Numbered from the stretch's first letter, positions 26,425 through 35,983 are shown. The stretch: DNA of 64,000 nucleotides from Thermoplasmata archaeon (GCA_022749895.1 JAKIWS010000001.1:7891-71890); one strand, 5' to 3'. The notes: a model not told the origin generated them from the letters alone. A program made the numbers and translations.

Positions 26425-27507
26425 CTACAGCTGCGCTCGGACCCGCCGCTCGCGGCGACGGTACGCCCAGACGAGACCGGAGGCCCCTACCGCACCGAGC
26501 GCGATCGTGCCGACGAACACCGCCGGCATCCCCCGGAGGAGCGCGGAGTGGAGCGGCCCGAACGACGTCACGAGGGCGAACGTCATCGTTCCCCCGACGG
26601 GGGTGCCGTCGTGCGCCGGAGCGGCGATGAGCAGTTCGACCGCGCCGTCCGACGGAGCGTACACCCCATCGTCGACGACGGGCGCCCCCCCGAAACTTTC
26701 GGAGGCGTTCACGCCGACCTCGGCGACCGAGCCGTTGCCGTACGCGGCTTCCACGCCGGTGAGTCCGGTGTTCCACTGGGTCGTTCCGGCGGCGACGGTG
26801 GTGCCCCCACAGGCGGAGCCGGCCGCGGCGGCGGCGGGACAGGCGACGAACGGGTGATGGACGGAGTTCGTGAGCGAAAAGACGACGCCGAGAAGGTCGC
26901 CCGGATGCACCCAGGGCCAGCCGGCCACCGACCAGTGGACGACGACCCCTCCCGTCGCCGGGTTGGTGGCGGTCAGGTTGTACGCGATGCGAACGCTCGC
27001 GGTCCCGATCGCCGTTCCGACGACGACGAGGCTCGCGTTGCTCCCGATCGCCGCTCCTTGGACGGGTACGACGCCCAAGGTGGCCGTGAACGCGAGCGGA
27101 GCTCCGGGGGCCGTGGGCGCGCCGGTGCCGTTGAAACTGGCGAGCGCCAGCGGGAACGCCGCCGCGACGGGCGGGGGAGCCCCGCTCCCCACGGCCCCGA
27201 TCTCGACGACCTCGACGAAATCGAGCGTGGCGCCGACGGAGGTGTTCGCATCCTGGTAGAGGTGCACGCGGGGTTGGGTCGACGGGAAGACCACGCTCAC
27301 CTTGCCGGTGTCGTACGACGTGAGCGACCCGGGGGAGAGCGGCTCGGCCGAGATCGGCGTCGGGAGGTCGCCCCCGAGCGGGACCGACGGCGACCCGGTG
27401 GCAAGGCCGGAGGGGCTCCCGGCCACGGAGAGTCCGTAGACCACCGTCAACAGAAGGATCATGAGGGAGCCGGGAAGTCCGACCACCCCCCTCTTGCCGA
27501 ACCGCAC
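26425..27507 (-). CDS. Surface glycoprotein-like protein (signal peptide + C-terminal TM anchor)
   Basis: The GTG at 27507 gives VRFGKRGVVGLPGSLMILLLTVVYGLSVAG. The C-terminus is MPAVFVGTIALGAVGASGLVWAY followed by RRRERR. Sequons are numerous. The upstream part of the 686-aa ORF is a shadow over the wHTH gene. Confidence 0.65.
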   Translation of the reverse strand: MRFGKRGVVGLPGSLMILLLTVVYGLSVAGSPSGLATGSPSVPLGGDLPTPISAEPLSPGSLTSYDTGKVSVVFPSTQPRVHLYQDANTSVGATLDFVEVVEIGAVGSGAPPPVAAAFPLALASFNGTGAPTAPGAPLAFTATLGVVPVQGAAIGSNASLVVVGTAIGTASVRIAYNLTATNPATGGVVVHWSVAGWPWVHPGDLLGVVFSLTNSVHHPFVACPAAAAAGSACGGTTVAAGTTQWNTGLTGVEAAYGNGSVAEVGVNASESFGGAPVVDDGVYAPSDGAVELLIAAPAHDGTPVGGTMTFALVTSFGPLHSALLRGMPAVFVGTIALGAVGASGLVWAYRRRERRVRAQL

Positions 27508-27572
27508 GGTCGTTGCTGTCGAGAGGCCGGGCCCCGCCGTATAATCGTTGTCGAACAGCCGTTGACGCCGAT

Positions 27573-28115
27573 TCACGGGTGCAGCTCCGACCAAAAGCGG
27601 ACGAACCGGTCGACCACGCTCTCGGGCAAGGGGGGGTACAGGAGCAGCACCTCGTGGACCGCCTTGGGGTCGGTCAGCCGTACCAGACGGTGGCTCCCCT
27701 GGCCCTCCCGCGCGAGCACCCCCATCGATTCGAGTCGCCGCAGGAAGTAGGCCAAATTCGGGCCCGTGGTCGCGATCGCGTCCCCCAGGGCGACCGGGGA
27801 GGACGGCCCGTCGAGGTACAGTTGCAGGAGGAGCGCCCGAGGAACCGGGTGGCGGAGGAGCGCCAGCAGCAGCTTCTTCGGCTCGGGGATCGGCGCCTTC
27901 TCGGCGTCGGAGACGGCGGGGTAGCAGCACTTGTACCCCCCTTGGAAGCGGACGGCGATGAGCCCCTCCCGCCCGAGGCGGTAGAGATGGTAGTCGAGGG
28001 TGCCGATCGGGATCCCCAGCCGCCGTCGGATCTCCCGTAGGTGGACGCCGGGATACCGCTGGACGAACGTGAGAAGGGCCTCGGCCCACGTGCCGGCCCG
28101 GTTCCCAGGGATCAT
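27573..28115 (-). CDS. Transcriptional regulator with two winged-helix domains (ArsR-like)
   Basis: YPGVHLREIRRRLGIPIGTLDYHLYRLGREGLI, and a second wHTH PVALGDAIATTGPNLAYFLRRLESMGVL. Confidence 0.7.
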   Translation of the reverse strand: MIPGNRAGTWAEALLTFVQRYPGVHLREIRRRLGIPIGTLDYHLYRLGREGLIAVRFQGGYKCCYPAVSDAEKAPIPEPKKLLLALLRHPVPRALLLQLYLDGPSSPVALGDAIATTGPNLAYFLRRLESMGVLAREGQGSHRLVRLTDPKAVHEVLLLYPPLPESVVDRFVRFWSELHP

Positions 28116-28127
28116 CGCGGGCCCTCG

Positions 28128-28400
28128 TCAGCGAACGAGCGTTGCGACAAACAGGACGACCAGGGCCACGGCTTCGAACACGGCGGTCAGGAACAGCAAG
28201 GTCACGGCGTCCCACCCCCCTACGATGAGGCCGTACCCGACGAGGGTGCCTTCCACCGCCACGAGCGCGAAGGCGGCCGCGGCGAGGCCGAGCCGGGGGG
28301 AGGGTGCCCGGCGGAGCGCGAGCAATCCGAGACCGAGCAGGACGACCCCGAGAAGCGCGATGCCGCCGAATGCGACGTTCGTGAGGGTCGAGAAGTCCAT
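28128..28400 (-). CDS. Small 3-TM membrane protein
   Basis: MDFSTLTNVAFGGIALLGVVLLGLGLLAL..., three hydrophobic helices. The internal ATG at 28400 was chosen because of the TATA spacing. Confidence 0.45.
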   Translation of the reverse strand: MDFSTLTNVAFGGIALLGVVLLGLGLLALRRAPSPRLGLAAAAFALVAVEGTLVGYGLIVGGWDAVTLLFLTAVFEAVALVVLFVATLVR

Positions 28401-28422
28401 GCGTCCCGGCCATCGCCGTCCT

Positions 28423-28432
28423 GATAAATACG
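28423..28432. promoter_or_regulatory. Candidate shared TATA element of a divergent promoter
   Basis: GATAAATACG is the only AT-rich box in the 56-nt spacer. It lies about 27 nt from the minus-strand ATG (28400) and about 30 nt from the plus-strand ATG (28457). Confidence 0.4.
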
Positions 28433-28456
28433 GAACGTGCCCATCTATCGCGTACA

Positions 28457-29260
28457 ATGGAGGGGGGGACCACCGCGCCGGGCACGGAGCTCCCCCTCGT
28501 GGTGCGCGACCTGCGGGTGGAATACGGCGAGAAGGTCGCCGTCCGGGAGCTGTCGCTCGAGGTGCGCCCGGGCGAGGTCTACGGCCTTCTCGGGTCGAAC
28601 GGCGCGGGGAAGTCGAGCACGATGCGGTGCGTTGTCGGCCTCATCCGGCCGAAGCACGGCTCGGTCCAGGTGTTCGGATTCGACCCGGGCCTCGACCCGG
28701 TGCTCGTCAAACAGCGCGTCGGGTACGTCCCCGAGACCCCGCTCTTGTTCGACGCGCTCACCCCGTGGGAGTTCCTCGAGTTCATCGCGAACGTTCGCGG
28801 GCTCGGGGTCGATTGGGCGACCCAGCGGGCGCTCGGTTACGCCGACGCCCTCCAGGTCCGCGCCGAGCTCAACCAGCCGATCGCCACGTTGTCGATGGGC
28901 ACGAAGCAGAAGTTCCTCCTGATCGCCGCGTTCCTGCACCAGCCGCGGCTGCTCGTCCTGGACGAGCCGTTCAACAATCTCGACCCGCGCTCCGTCCGCA
29001 TCATGAAGGAACTGATCGGGCAGTACGTCCAGGACGGGCGGCGCGGCGTCCTCTTCTCGACGCACACGATGGAGGTCGCGCAGCAGCTCTGCCACCGGGT
29101 CGGCATCCTGGACCACGGCGTGCTGAAGGGCGAGGGCGATGTCGCAACGCTCCGGGCGAACCTCGCGCGGGGGGACGCCACGCTCGAGGAGATCTTCCTT
29201 CGGTTGACCGACGAGGAAGAAGGCGTCCGCGCGGCGGTCCGGTCGCTCGGCGGAGGGTAA
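28457..29260 (+). CDS. ABC transporter ATP-binding protein
   Basis: Walker A GSNGAGKSS, signature LSMGTKQK, Walker B LLVLDEP. Confidence 0.9.
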   Translation: MEGGTTAPGTELPLVVRDLRVEYGEKVAVRELSLEVRPGEVYGLLGSNGAGKSSTMRCVVGLIRPKHGSVQVFGFDPGLDPVLVKQRVGYVPETPLLFDALTPWEFLEFIANVRGLGVDWATQRALGYADALQVRAELNQPIATLSMGTKQKFLLIAAFLHQPRLLVLDEPFNNLDPRSVRIMKELIGQYVQDGRRGVLFSTHTMEVAQQLCHRVGILDHGVLKGEGDVATLRANLARGDATLEEIFLRLTDEEEGVRAAVRSLGGG

Positions 29261-29264
29261 CGGC

Positions 29265-30944
29265 GTGTCGTGGACGCTCGCGCGCCGCCTCGCGGAGCGC
29301 GGCTACCGGGAGCTCACGTTCCAGGCGATCTACGCCTACCGGCAGGGGAATCTCGCCTCCACGGTCGCTTCCGAGCAGCTTGTCGCCCGGGCGCGGCGGC
29401 GGGTCCTCGAGAGCAAGGTGCTCGTCGCCGGCGTCTTCGGCGTGATTAGCCTGGGTTCGATCCTAATCCTCAGCCCGTCGGTCGAGCACGTCTTCGGCGG
29501 CGGCATGCCGCGGGGACTCTACGTCGGCGCCGTCGTGAGCGCGCTCCTGCTGCTCGACCTCGTCCTCCTCTGGTGGATGGGACTCCAGGTCCTTCCAACG
29601 TTCCTCGCGTCCGGGATCGGCAGCTGCTTCGAGACGCTCCCGGTCGACCCCACGACCCTCGACCGGGCGGCCTTGATCATGTTCCTGCGCCTGTTCGACG
29701 TCCCCGCGGGCACGATGTTGATCCTGACCCCCCTCGCGATCGGGATCGCCCTGGGTTCGCCGATCGCCGCCCTCGCGCTCGTCCCGGCCGTACTGACGGT
29801 GATCGTCTTCGCGCTCCTCTTCTCGCTCAAAGCGTCGCAGTTCTTCGTCGAGCGGGTACAGGGCTCGGGCGGGGGCGGCCAGCGGACCGCGGCCCGCTGG
29901 GCGTTCCTGGTCGCCTGGTCGGTGCCGGCGTTCTCCATCTACGGCTTCCTCGCCCTCTCGGGCGACTTCCTGGGCTGGCTCTCGGGCCTCGCCAACCAGG
30001 GCTCCCTCGGCGCGCTCTACGCGGTGTTCACCGTCTTTCCGATGTCGTTCGCGATGTTGCCGGTGTACGCCGCGGGTCTGCCGATCATCGGGGTGAACGC
30101 GACCGACGTGTACGGGCCGGTGGTGGCGATCGCCGCGAGCGTCGCCTACCTCGCCCTGTTCGTGGCCGCCGCGGGATGGCTCGCGCAAGCCCCTCGTCGG
30201 CTGTACCTGACCACGATGCCCGCGAGCGTCAACGCGACCGGCGCCTCGATCGCCTTCGTTCGACGGAGCCGCCCGATGGCGGTCTTGGTGAAGGACCTCC
30301 GCATTGCCTCGCGCACCCCACCGTTCGCCCTCCTCGTCATCCTCCCGCTGCTCGACGCCCTCGCGGTGGGCGTGTTCACGTTCGTCTCCACCCCCGTCTC
30401 GCGGGACGTCTTCCGCGTCGGGGTCGCCGCCGTCTCGACCGCGGCGTTGCTGGCAACCTTCTTTGGCCCCGCGTTTTTCGCGATCGAGGTGATCGGCTAC
30501 TCGTACACGCGCGCGCTGCCCGTGGCCCCGCGCTCGTTGCTCGTCGGGAAGGTCCTGCTCGTCGCGTGCGTCTACCTCGCGGCCGCCGGGGTGGTGCTCG
30601 CGCTGACGGCGGCGCGCCTCTTCTCGCCGGCGCTGTTCGCCGCCTTTGCCGCGGCCGAGCTCCCGGCGATCGTCGCCGCCGCCATGGTGGAGTTCGGGAT
30701 CCTCATCCGCCGTTCCGAGCGGAAGGGCCTCCAGGTCGTCAACCTGTATGCGAGCGCGTGGTCGGCGATGCTCGTCGCGATCCCGGGGCTCTTCATCGCC
30801 GGCGCGCCGTTCGTCGTGTTCAACCTGCTCAGCGGGGCAACGAATTGGGTCGCGCTCGAGGCGATGGCGCTCACCTCGCTGATCGCGCTGTCGCTCGCCC
30901 TGCAGTTCTTCATCCGGATCGAGCGCCCCCGGGGAGCGGCATGA
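29265..30944 (+). CDS. Large polytopic membrane protein, putative ABC permease partner
   Basis: GTG start 4 nt after the ATPase stop. About 12 hydrophobic helices over 559 aa. Confidence 0.55.
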   Translation: MSWTLARRLAERGYRELTFQAIYAYRQGNLASTVASEQLVARARRRVLESKVLVAGVFGVISLGSILILSPSVEHVFGGGMPRGLYVGAVVSALLLLDLVLLWWMGLQVLPTFLASGIGSCFETLPVDPTTLDRAALIMFLRLFDVPAGTMLILTPLAIGIALGSPIAALALVPAVLTVIVFALLFSLKASQFFVERVQGSGGGGQRTAARWAFLVAWSVPAFSIYGFLALSGDFLGWLSGLANQGSLGALYAVFTVFPMSFAMLPVYAAGLPIIGVNATDVYGPVVAIAASVAYLALFVAAAGWLAQAPRRLYLTTMPASVNATGASIAFVRRSRPMAVLVKDLRIASRTPPFALLVILPLLDALAVGVFTFVSTPVSRDVFRVGVAAVSTAALLATFFGPAFFAIEVIGYSYTRALPVAPRSLLVGKVLLVACVYLAAAGVVLALTAARLFSPALFAAFAAAELPAIVAAAMVEFGILIRRSERKGLQVVNLYASAWSAMLVAIPGLFIAGAPFVVFNLLSGATNWVALEAMALTSLIALSLALQFFIRIERPRGAA

Positions 30945-33625
30945 GCGGGCGCGAGCTCACCGCCCGGTTCGACCCCGCGGCGGTCGAACGTCGGTGGCAG
31001 GAGGCCTGGGAGAGCGCCGGGATCTTTCGCGCCCCGACGACCGGGAGCGGGCCAACGTTCTCGCTCGTCCTGCCGCCTCCGAACGTGACCGGCGTGCTCA
31101 CGCTCGGCCACGTGCTCGGCGACTCGGTCATGGACGTGCTCGTCCGGTCGCACCGAATGCGGGGCGACGCGACGCTGTGGCTCCCCGGCGTCGACCACGC
31201 GGGCCTCTCGACGCAGGTCGAGGTGCGTCGGCGCCTGCTGAAACAGGGCGTGCGCCTCGAAGAGCTTCCACGGGAGGAGGCGCTCCAGGCGGTCGAGACG
31301 TGGCGCCACGAACACGAATCGGTCATCCGCGAGCAGATCCGGCGGGGGGGCTTCTCCGTCGACTGGAGCCGGTACCGCTACACGATGGACCCCGCGATGC
31401 AGCGGGCGACGACCCGGGTCTTCGTCGACCTGTTCCACCGCGGGCTGATCTACCGGGGCGAACGGATCGTCAACTGGGACCCGCGGCTGCGCTCGGCGCT
31501 TTCCGACCTCGAGGTCGTGCACACCGAAGAGTCCGGCGAGCTGCTCACGATCCGCTACCCCTGGGCCGACGGGCGCCCGGGCGGCATCCTGGTCGCCACC
31601 GTGCGTCCCGAGACGATCTTCGGCGACGTCGCGGTCGCCGTGCATCCGGACGACCCTAGGCACAGCGCGGCGGTCGGCCAGAAGGTCCGGGTGCCGCTCA
31701 CCGACCGGGTCGTGCCGGTGATCACCGACCCCGGCATCGATCAAGCGTTCGGTACGGGCGCGCTCAAGGTCACGCCGCGGCACGACGTCCTCGATTTCGA
31801 GGTCGCCCGGCGCCATCCGGAGCTGCCCCTGCCTCCCTCCGTGCTCGACGAGACCGGGAGGCTCGAGAGCGACTGGGTCCCGGCGCCGTTCCGGGGCCTC
31901 GACCGCGACGAGGCTCGTCTCGTCGTGCGGAACGCGCTCGCCGCCGCCGGGCTCGTCGAGAAGAGCGAGCCGCACGTCCACAGCGTGGGCCGTTCGGAGC
32001 GCTCCGACGCGGTCATCGAGCCGCGCCTTTCCACCCAGTGGTTCGTGAAGGTCGGCCCGCTCGCCGAACGGGCGGTCGAGGCGGTGCGCCGGGGGGAGAT
32101 CCGCTTTCACCCCGACCGGTGGACGCCGAGCTTCTTCCGGTGGATGGAGAAGCTGGACGATTGGTGCATCTCGCGCCAGGTGTTCTGGGGCCACCGGATC
32201 CCCGTCTACACCTGCGAGGCGTGCCATCTCGCGGTCGCGGAGACGGAGCCCCCGAAGGCGTGCGGTCGATGCGGGGGCGAACGGTTCACTCAGGACCCGG
32301 ACGTACTCGACACCTGGTTCACCTCGTGGCTCTGGCCGTTCGCGAGCCTAGGATGGCCCGAGCCATCGGGCGACGTGGCCCGGTACTACCCGACGACCGT
32401 GCTCGTCACGGGTCGGGACATCATGTTCTTCTGGGTCTCCCGGATGATCATGGCGGGCTTCCACTTCACCGACCGCGCCCCGTTCGCGCACGTCTACTAC
32501 ACCGGGATGCTCCGGGACGATGCCGGCCGCCGGATGTCGAAACATCTCGGCAACTCCCCCGACCCGATCGCGGTGATCGCGGAGAACGGAGCGGATGCGC
32601 TCCGGTTCGCGCTCCTCTACCCGAACCCCGTTGACCAGGATGGGCCGTTCGGCCGGGCGTCGCTCGACGCCGCCCGCCACTTCCTCACGAAGCTCTGGAA
32701 CGTCGTGCGGTTCACCGTCGGTCAGCTTCCCGAGGGCCTCGAAGTGCCGGCGGCGGGACTCGAGCTGCCCGCGGGCACCCGCCTCGAGGAACGATGGATC
32801 GTCTCCCGCTACGCGGTCACCCTCGAGGAGGTCGATGCCGCGCTCGCGAACTTCGAGTTCACCCGGGCCGCGACGTTGCTCCACGCGTTCCTTTGGCACG
32901 ACGTCGCCGACCGGTACATCGAGGTCGCCAAGGGAACGCTCGCCGGCGACTACGGAGAAGGAGCCGCGCGCGTCGCCCAGAACACGCTCGCCTTCGTGGT
33001 CGAGCGCACGTTGCGACTCCTGCATCCGTTCGCCCCGCACGTCACCGAGGAGTTGTGGCACGCCGTGCCCCACACCGGTGAATTCCTCGCGATCGCACCC
33101 TGGCCGAAGGCGGGCGAGGCCCCGCGCGACGCCCCCGCCGAGGCGGCGATGGGCGTGGTGTTCGAGAGCATCCGGGTCTTCCGCAATCTGCGCGCCGAGA
33201 ACCACCTCGCCCCGGCCGAGCCGCTTCGAGGGTGGGCGCGCGTCGGAGAACCCGAGGCCGCGCGCGCGCTCCGCGAGCAGGGGCACACCGTCGCCCACCA
33301 AGCTCGGCTGGCCGAGCTCGTCGTGCTCGAGCCGGGGGCACCGGATCCCGTCGACGTCGCGACGTCGGTCATCGCGGTAGGCGAATATTTTCTCGCGCTT
33401 CCGAAGGAGCGATCCGCGAGCGAGTCGGAAGCCCTCCGGCGCGAGCGCGCGAAGTTGAGCGAGCTCCTCGCGAAGACCCGCGCCCGACTCGGCGACCCGG
33501 GCTTCATCACTCGGGCGCCGTCGGAGGTGGTCCGGGAACAGGAGAGCAAGGTCGCCGAGCTGACGGAGCGTCTCCGGCGCATCGACGGCCACCTCGGCGA
33601 ACCGGCCTCGGAAAGCCCGACATGA
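30941..33625 (+). CDS. valS: Valyl-tRNA synthetase
   Basis: PPPNVTGVLTLGHV (HIGH), KMSKHLGNSP (KMSKS), C-terminal coiled coil. The ATG at 30941 overlaps the permease stop (ATGA). The ORF-track N-terminus from 29573 is shadow. Confidence 0.95.
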   Translation: MSGRELTARFDPAAVERRWQEAWESAGIFRAPTTGSGPTFSLVLPPPNVTGVLTLGHVLGDSVMDVLVRSHRMRGDATLWLPGVDHAGLSTQVEVRRRLLKQGVRLEELPREEALQAVETWRHEHESVIREQIRRGGFSVDWSRYRYTMDPAMQRATTRVFVDLFHRGLIYRGERIVNWDPRLRSALSDLEVVHTEESGELLTIRYPWADGRPGGILVATVRPETIFGDVAVAVHPDDPRHSAAVGQKVRVPLTDRVVPVITDPGIDQAFGTGALKVTPRHDVLDFEVARRHPELPLPPSVLDETGRLESDWVPAPFRGLDRDEARLVVRNALAAAGLVEKSEPHVHSVGRSERSDAVIEPRLSTQWFVKVGPLAERAVEAVRRGEIRFHPDRWTPSFFRWMEKLDDWCISRQVFWGHRIPVYTCEACHLAVAETEPPKACGRCGGERFTQDPDVLDTWFTSWLWPFASLGWPEPSGDVARYYPTTVLVTGRDIMFFWVSRMIMAGFHFTDRAPFAHVYYTGMLRDDAGRRMSKHLGNSPDPIAVIAENGADALRFALLYPNPVDQDGPFGRASLDAARHFLTKLWNVVRFTVGQLPEGLEVPAAGLELPAGTRLEERWIVSRYAVTLEEVDAALANFEFTRAATLLHAFLWHDVADRYIEVAKGTLAGDYGEGAARVAQNTLAFVVERTLRLLHPFAPHVTEELWHAVPHTGEFLAIAPWPKAGEAPRDAPAEAAMGVVFESIRVFRNLRAENHLAPAEPLRGWARVGEPEAARALREQGHTVAHQARLAELVVLEPGAPDPVDVATSVIAVGEYFLALPKERSASESEALRRERAKLSELLAKTRARLGDPGFITRAPSEVVREQESKVAELTERLRRIDGHLGEPASESPT

Positions 33626-34623
33626 CGACCAAAAAGCCGCCTCGACGTGCTCGTGTTCCGGCGAAACGATCGACGCCCCAAGCCCCCGCCGCCTCCCCTG
33701 TCCCCGGCGATCTTCCCCTCGCGGGAAGCCCGCGAGCCCACCCCTCCCTGGGCCTAGGCCTCTTCGCGCAAGGCCGATGGACGCAGGAGGACGAGCGCCG
33801 CACGAGGGACACGGTCGCTCGCGCGATCGAGCTCGGGCTCCGGTGGTTCGACACCGCGGAGGTGTACGGCGCCGGCCGCTCGGAGCGCGTTCTGGGCGAT
33901 GCCCTCGCTCATAGCGGCACGATGACCCCGCCCGCGTTCGTGGCGACGAAGGTCTGGTACGAGCACCTGCGACCCTCCGTCCTCCGCGCCGCCCTACTGG
34001 GGAGCCTCCAGCGGCTCGCGCTCCCGAAGGTCGACCTTTACCTCGTCCACGCTCCGAACCCCAAGGTCCCGCTCGACGAAACGATGGGGGCGCTCGCCGA
34101 GCTTGCGCGCGAGGGCAAGGTCGGGAGCGTCGGCGTAAGCAATTTCGATGTCGAGGAGCTCGACGCGGCCCGTTCCGCCCTCGGTACGACGCCGCTCGCA
34201 GTGAACCAGGTCCGGTACTCCCTGCTCACGCCGGACGACGGGGAAGCGGTCCTCGGCTACTGTCGTGACCACGGGATCGTCGTCGAAGCGTACTCCCCGC
34301 TCGCCATGGGGCTGCTGGCGGGCCGCCACCTCGATGGCACCGGCCCTCCGGCCGAACTTCGCCGCCAGGACTCTTCCGCCTTCGGCCCGACCCGTCTTCC
34401 GGAACTTCTCGATCGGGCGCGGGGGCTACGCAAACTCGCGAACGCCGAGAACGTACCGCTCGCGTCGATCGCGCTGCACTGGCTCGCGTGTCGCGGGGTG
34501 GCCCCGCTCTTCGGCGCGACCCGACCCCAGCAAGTCGACGACATCGTTCGCGCCTGGGCGGTCCGGCCCTCCGACGAGCTCCTCGAGCGGGCCGACCAGG
34601 TCGCGGGAGGACGTCGTGCTTAG
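33622..34623 (+). CDS. Aldo/keto reductase
   Basis: FDTAEVYGAGRSERVLG, VGVSNF, NQVRYSLL motifs. The ATG overlaps the valS stop (ATGA). Confidence 0.85.
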   Translation: MTTKKPPRRARVPAKRSTPQAPAASPVPGDLPLAGSPRAHPSLGLGLFAQGRWTQEDERRTRDTVARAIELGLRWFDTAEVYGAGRSERVLGDALAHSGTMTPPAFVATKVWYEHLRPSVLRAALLGSLQRLALPKVDLYLVHAPNPKVPLDETMGALAELAREGKVGSVGVSNFDVEELDAARSALGTTPLAVNQVRYSLLTPDDGEAVLGYCRDHGIVVEAYSPLAMGLLAGRHLDGTGPPAELRRQDSSAFGPTRLPELLDRARGLRKLANAENVPLASIALHWLACRGVAPLFGATRPQQVDDIVRAWAVRPSDELLERADQVAGGRRA

Positions 34624-35290
34624 GCTCGTCGCGCTCGACATGGACGGGACGCTGGTCGACGTAGCGAGCTCGTGGGGCGCCGTCCACGACCACTTCGGGG
34701 ATTCGAATCGCGAGGGACTCCGCCAGTTCATGAACGGCGAGATCGACGACGCCGAGTTCATCCGCAGCGACGTCCGGATCTGGTGGAAGCACCGGCCGAG
34801 CCTCACGGTCGACGAGCTCGAAACCATCCTCGCGGACGTGCCGCTCATGCCGGGGGCGGCGGCGCTCATCGACGGGCTCAAAGCGCGGCGGATCCAGACC
34901 GCGATCGTCAGCGGCGGGCTCGATCTCCTCGCCCACCGGGTCGCGCGCGAGCTCCGGATCGACGTGGCGCTCGCGAACGGCCTCCGGGTCGAGGCCGACG
35001 GCCGGCTCACGGGGGAAGGGATCGTCCGGGTCCCCGTCCACCGGAAGGAGGAGGTCCTGGCGCGCCTGCAGGAGCAGCTCCAGATCTCCCCGGGAGAGTC
35101 GGCCGCGATCGGCAACTCTGAGATCGACGTGGGGCTGTTCCGGCGCTGCCGGATCGGGGTGGCCTTCCAGCCGGCCGATGAAGCGGTCCGTTCCGGGGCG
35201 ACCGTGATCGTCGAGGAGAAGGACCTGGCCCGCGTGCTTCCGCACCTCGTGGATGAAACCCCCTCGGGTCGCACGCCCGCGCGAACGTGA
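34616..35290 (+). CDS. HAD-superfamily phosphatase (phosphoserine phosphatase-like)
   Basis: VALDMDGTL (motif I), VSGG, GNSEIDVG (motif IV-like). The GTG start overlaps the AKR end by 8 nt. Confidence 0.75.
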   Translation: MLRLVALDMDGTLVDVASSWGAVHDHFGDSNREGLRQFMNGEIDDAEFIRSDVRIWWKHRPSLTVDELETILADVPLMPGAAALIDGLKARRIQTAIVSGGLDLLAHRVARELRIDVALANGLRVEADGRLTGEGIVRVPVHRKEEVLARLQEQLQISPGESAAIGNSEIDVGLFRRCRIGVAFQPADEAVRSGATVIVEEKDLARVLPHLVDETPSGRTPART

Positions 35291-35356
35291 ACCGCCGTCG
35301 GGCGCCGTCCGGCGTCGGGCAACGCTTTTGAGCCCTTCCCGGCTTTGAACGGACCT

Positions 35357-35974
35357 ATGCAAGATTACTCCGCACTGCTCGAGCGCGCGCGCTCGAAGTT
35401 ACCCGAGGTCAAGACGACCGGCGAGCGGTTCGTCGTCCCCGAGCCGGACGTCATGACCGACGGGAAGAACACGGTCATCCGCAACTTCCAGGAGATCACG
35501 ACGGTCCTCCGGCGCGAACCGGCGCACGTGATCGGCCACCTCGCGAAGGAGCTCGGCTGCCCCGGCGTGCTCGACCTGCCGCGGGCGTTCCTTAAGTCGC
35601 GGATCCCGAAGGAAACGATCGCTCAGCGTCTCAAGGAGTACACCGAGAAGTACGTGATCTGCTCGGAGTGCAAGCGACCGGACACTCACCTCAGCAAGGA
35701 AGGCCGGTTCACGCTGCTCATCTGCGAAGCCTGCGGCGCCCAGCGGCCGGTCACGGTCCGTAGGGTCGTCGAGCCCGAACGCCCGAAGGCGATCGTCGTC
35801 GTCGGGGAGACGTACCGGCTGACGATCGAGGACATCGGTCGGCGGGGCGACGGCGTCGCGAAGAAGGAAGGGTTCGTCATCTTCGTCACCGGGGCCACCA
35901 CCCGAGGGGCGACGGTGAACGCCCGGATCACGAAGGTCCTCGGGAACAACGCTTACGCCGTGGTCCAACCGTAG
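35357..35974 (+). CDS. eif2b: Translation initiation factor aIF2 beta subunit fused to a C-terminal TRAM domain
   Basis: aIF2-beta core with zinc ribbon CSECKRPDT...CEACG. It is followed by GETYRLTIEDIGRRGDGVAKKEGFVIFVTGATTRGATVNARITKV, a TRAM-like beta-barrel pattern. Confidence 0.85.
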   Translation: MQDYSALLERARSKLPEVKTTGERFVVPEPDVMTDGKNTVIRNFQEITTVLRREPAHVIGHLAKELGCPGVLDLPRAFLKSRIPKETIAQRLKEYTEKYVICSECKRPDTHLSKEGRFTLLICEACGAQRPVTVRRVVEPERPKAIVVVGETYRLTIEDIGRRGDGVAKKEGFVIFVTGATTRGATVNARITKVLGNNAYAVVQP

Positions 35975-35983
35975 CCCCGGGCG

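Noticed and set aside
29573-30940. N-terminal extensions in the ORF track: valS from 29573, xerA from 11195, the surface protein from 28485, the hbd-like gene from 11040, the AKR from 33232, HAD from 34265, the aquaporin from 42822, the VOC from 44909.
   Set aside because: The extensions overlap other well-supported genes in different frames, and they lack family similarity. Internal starts give family-typical N-termini, often with ATGA or GTGA coupling.
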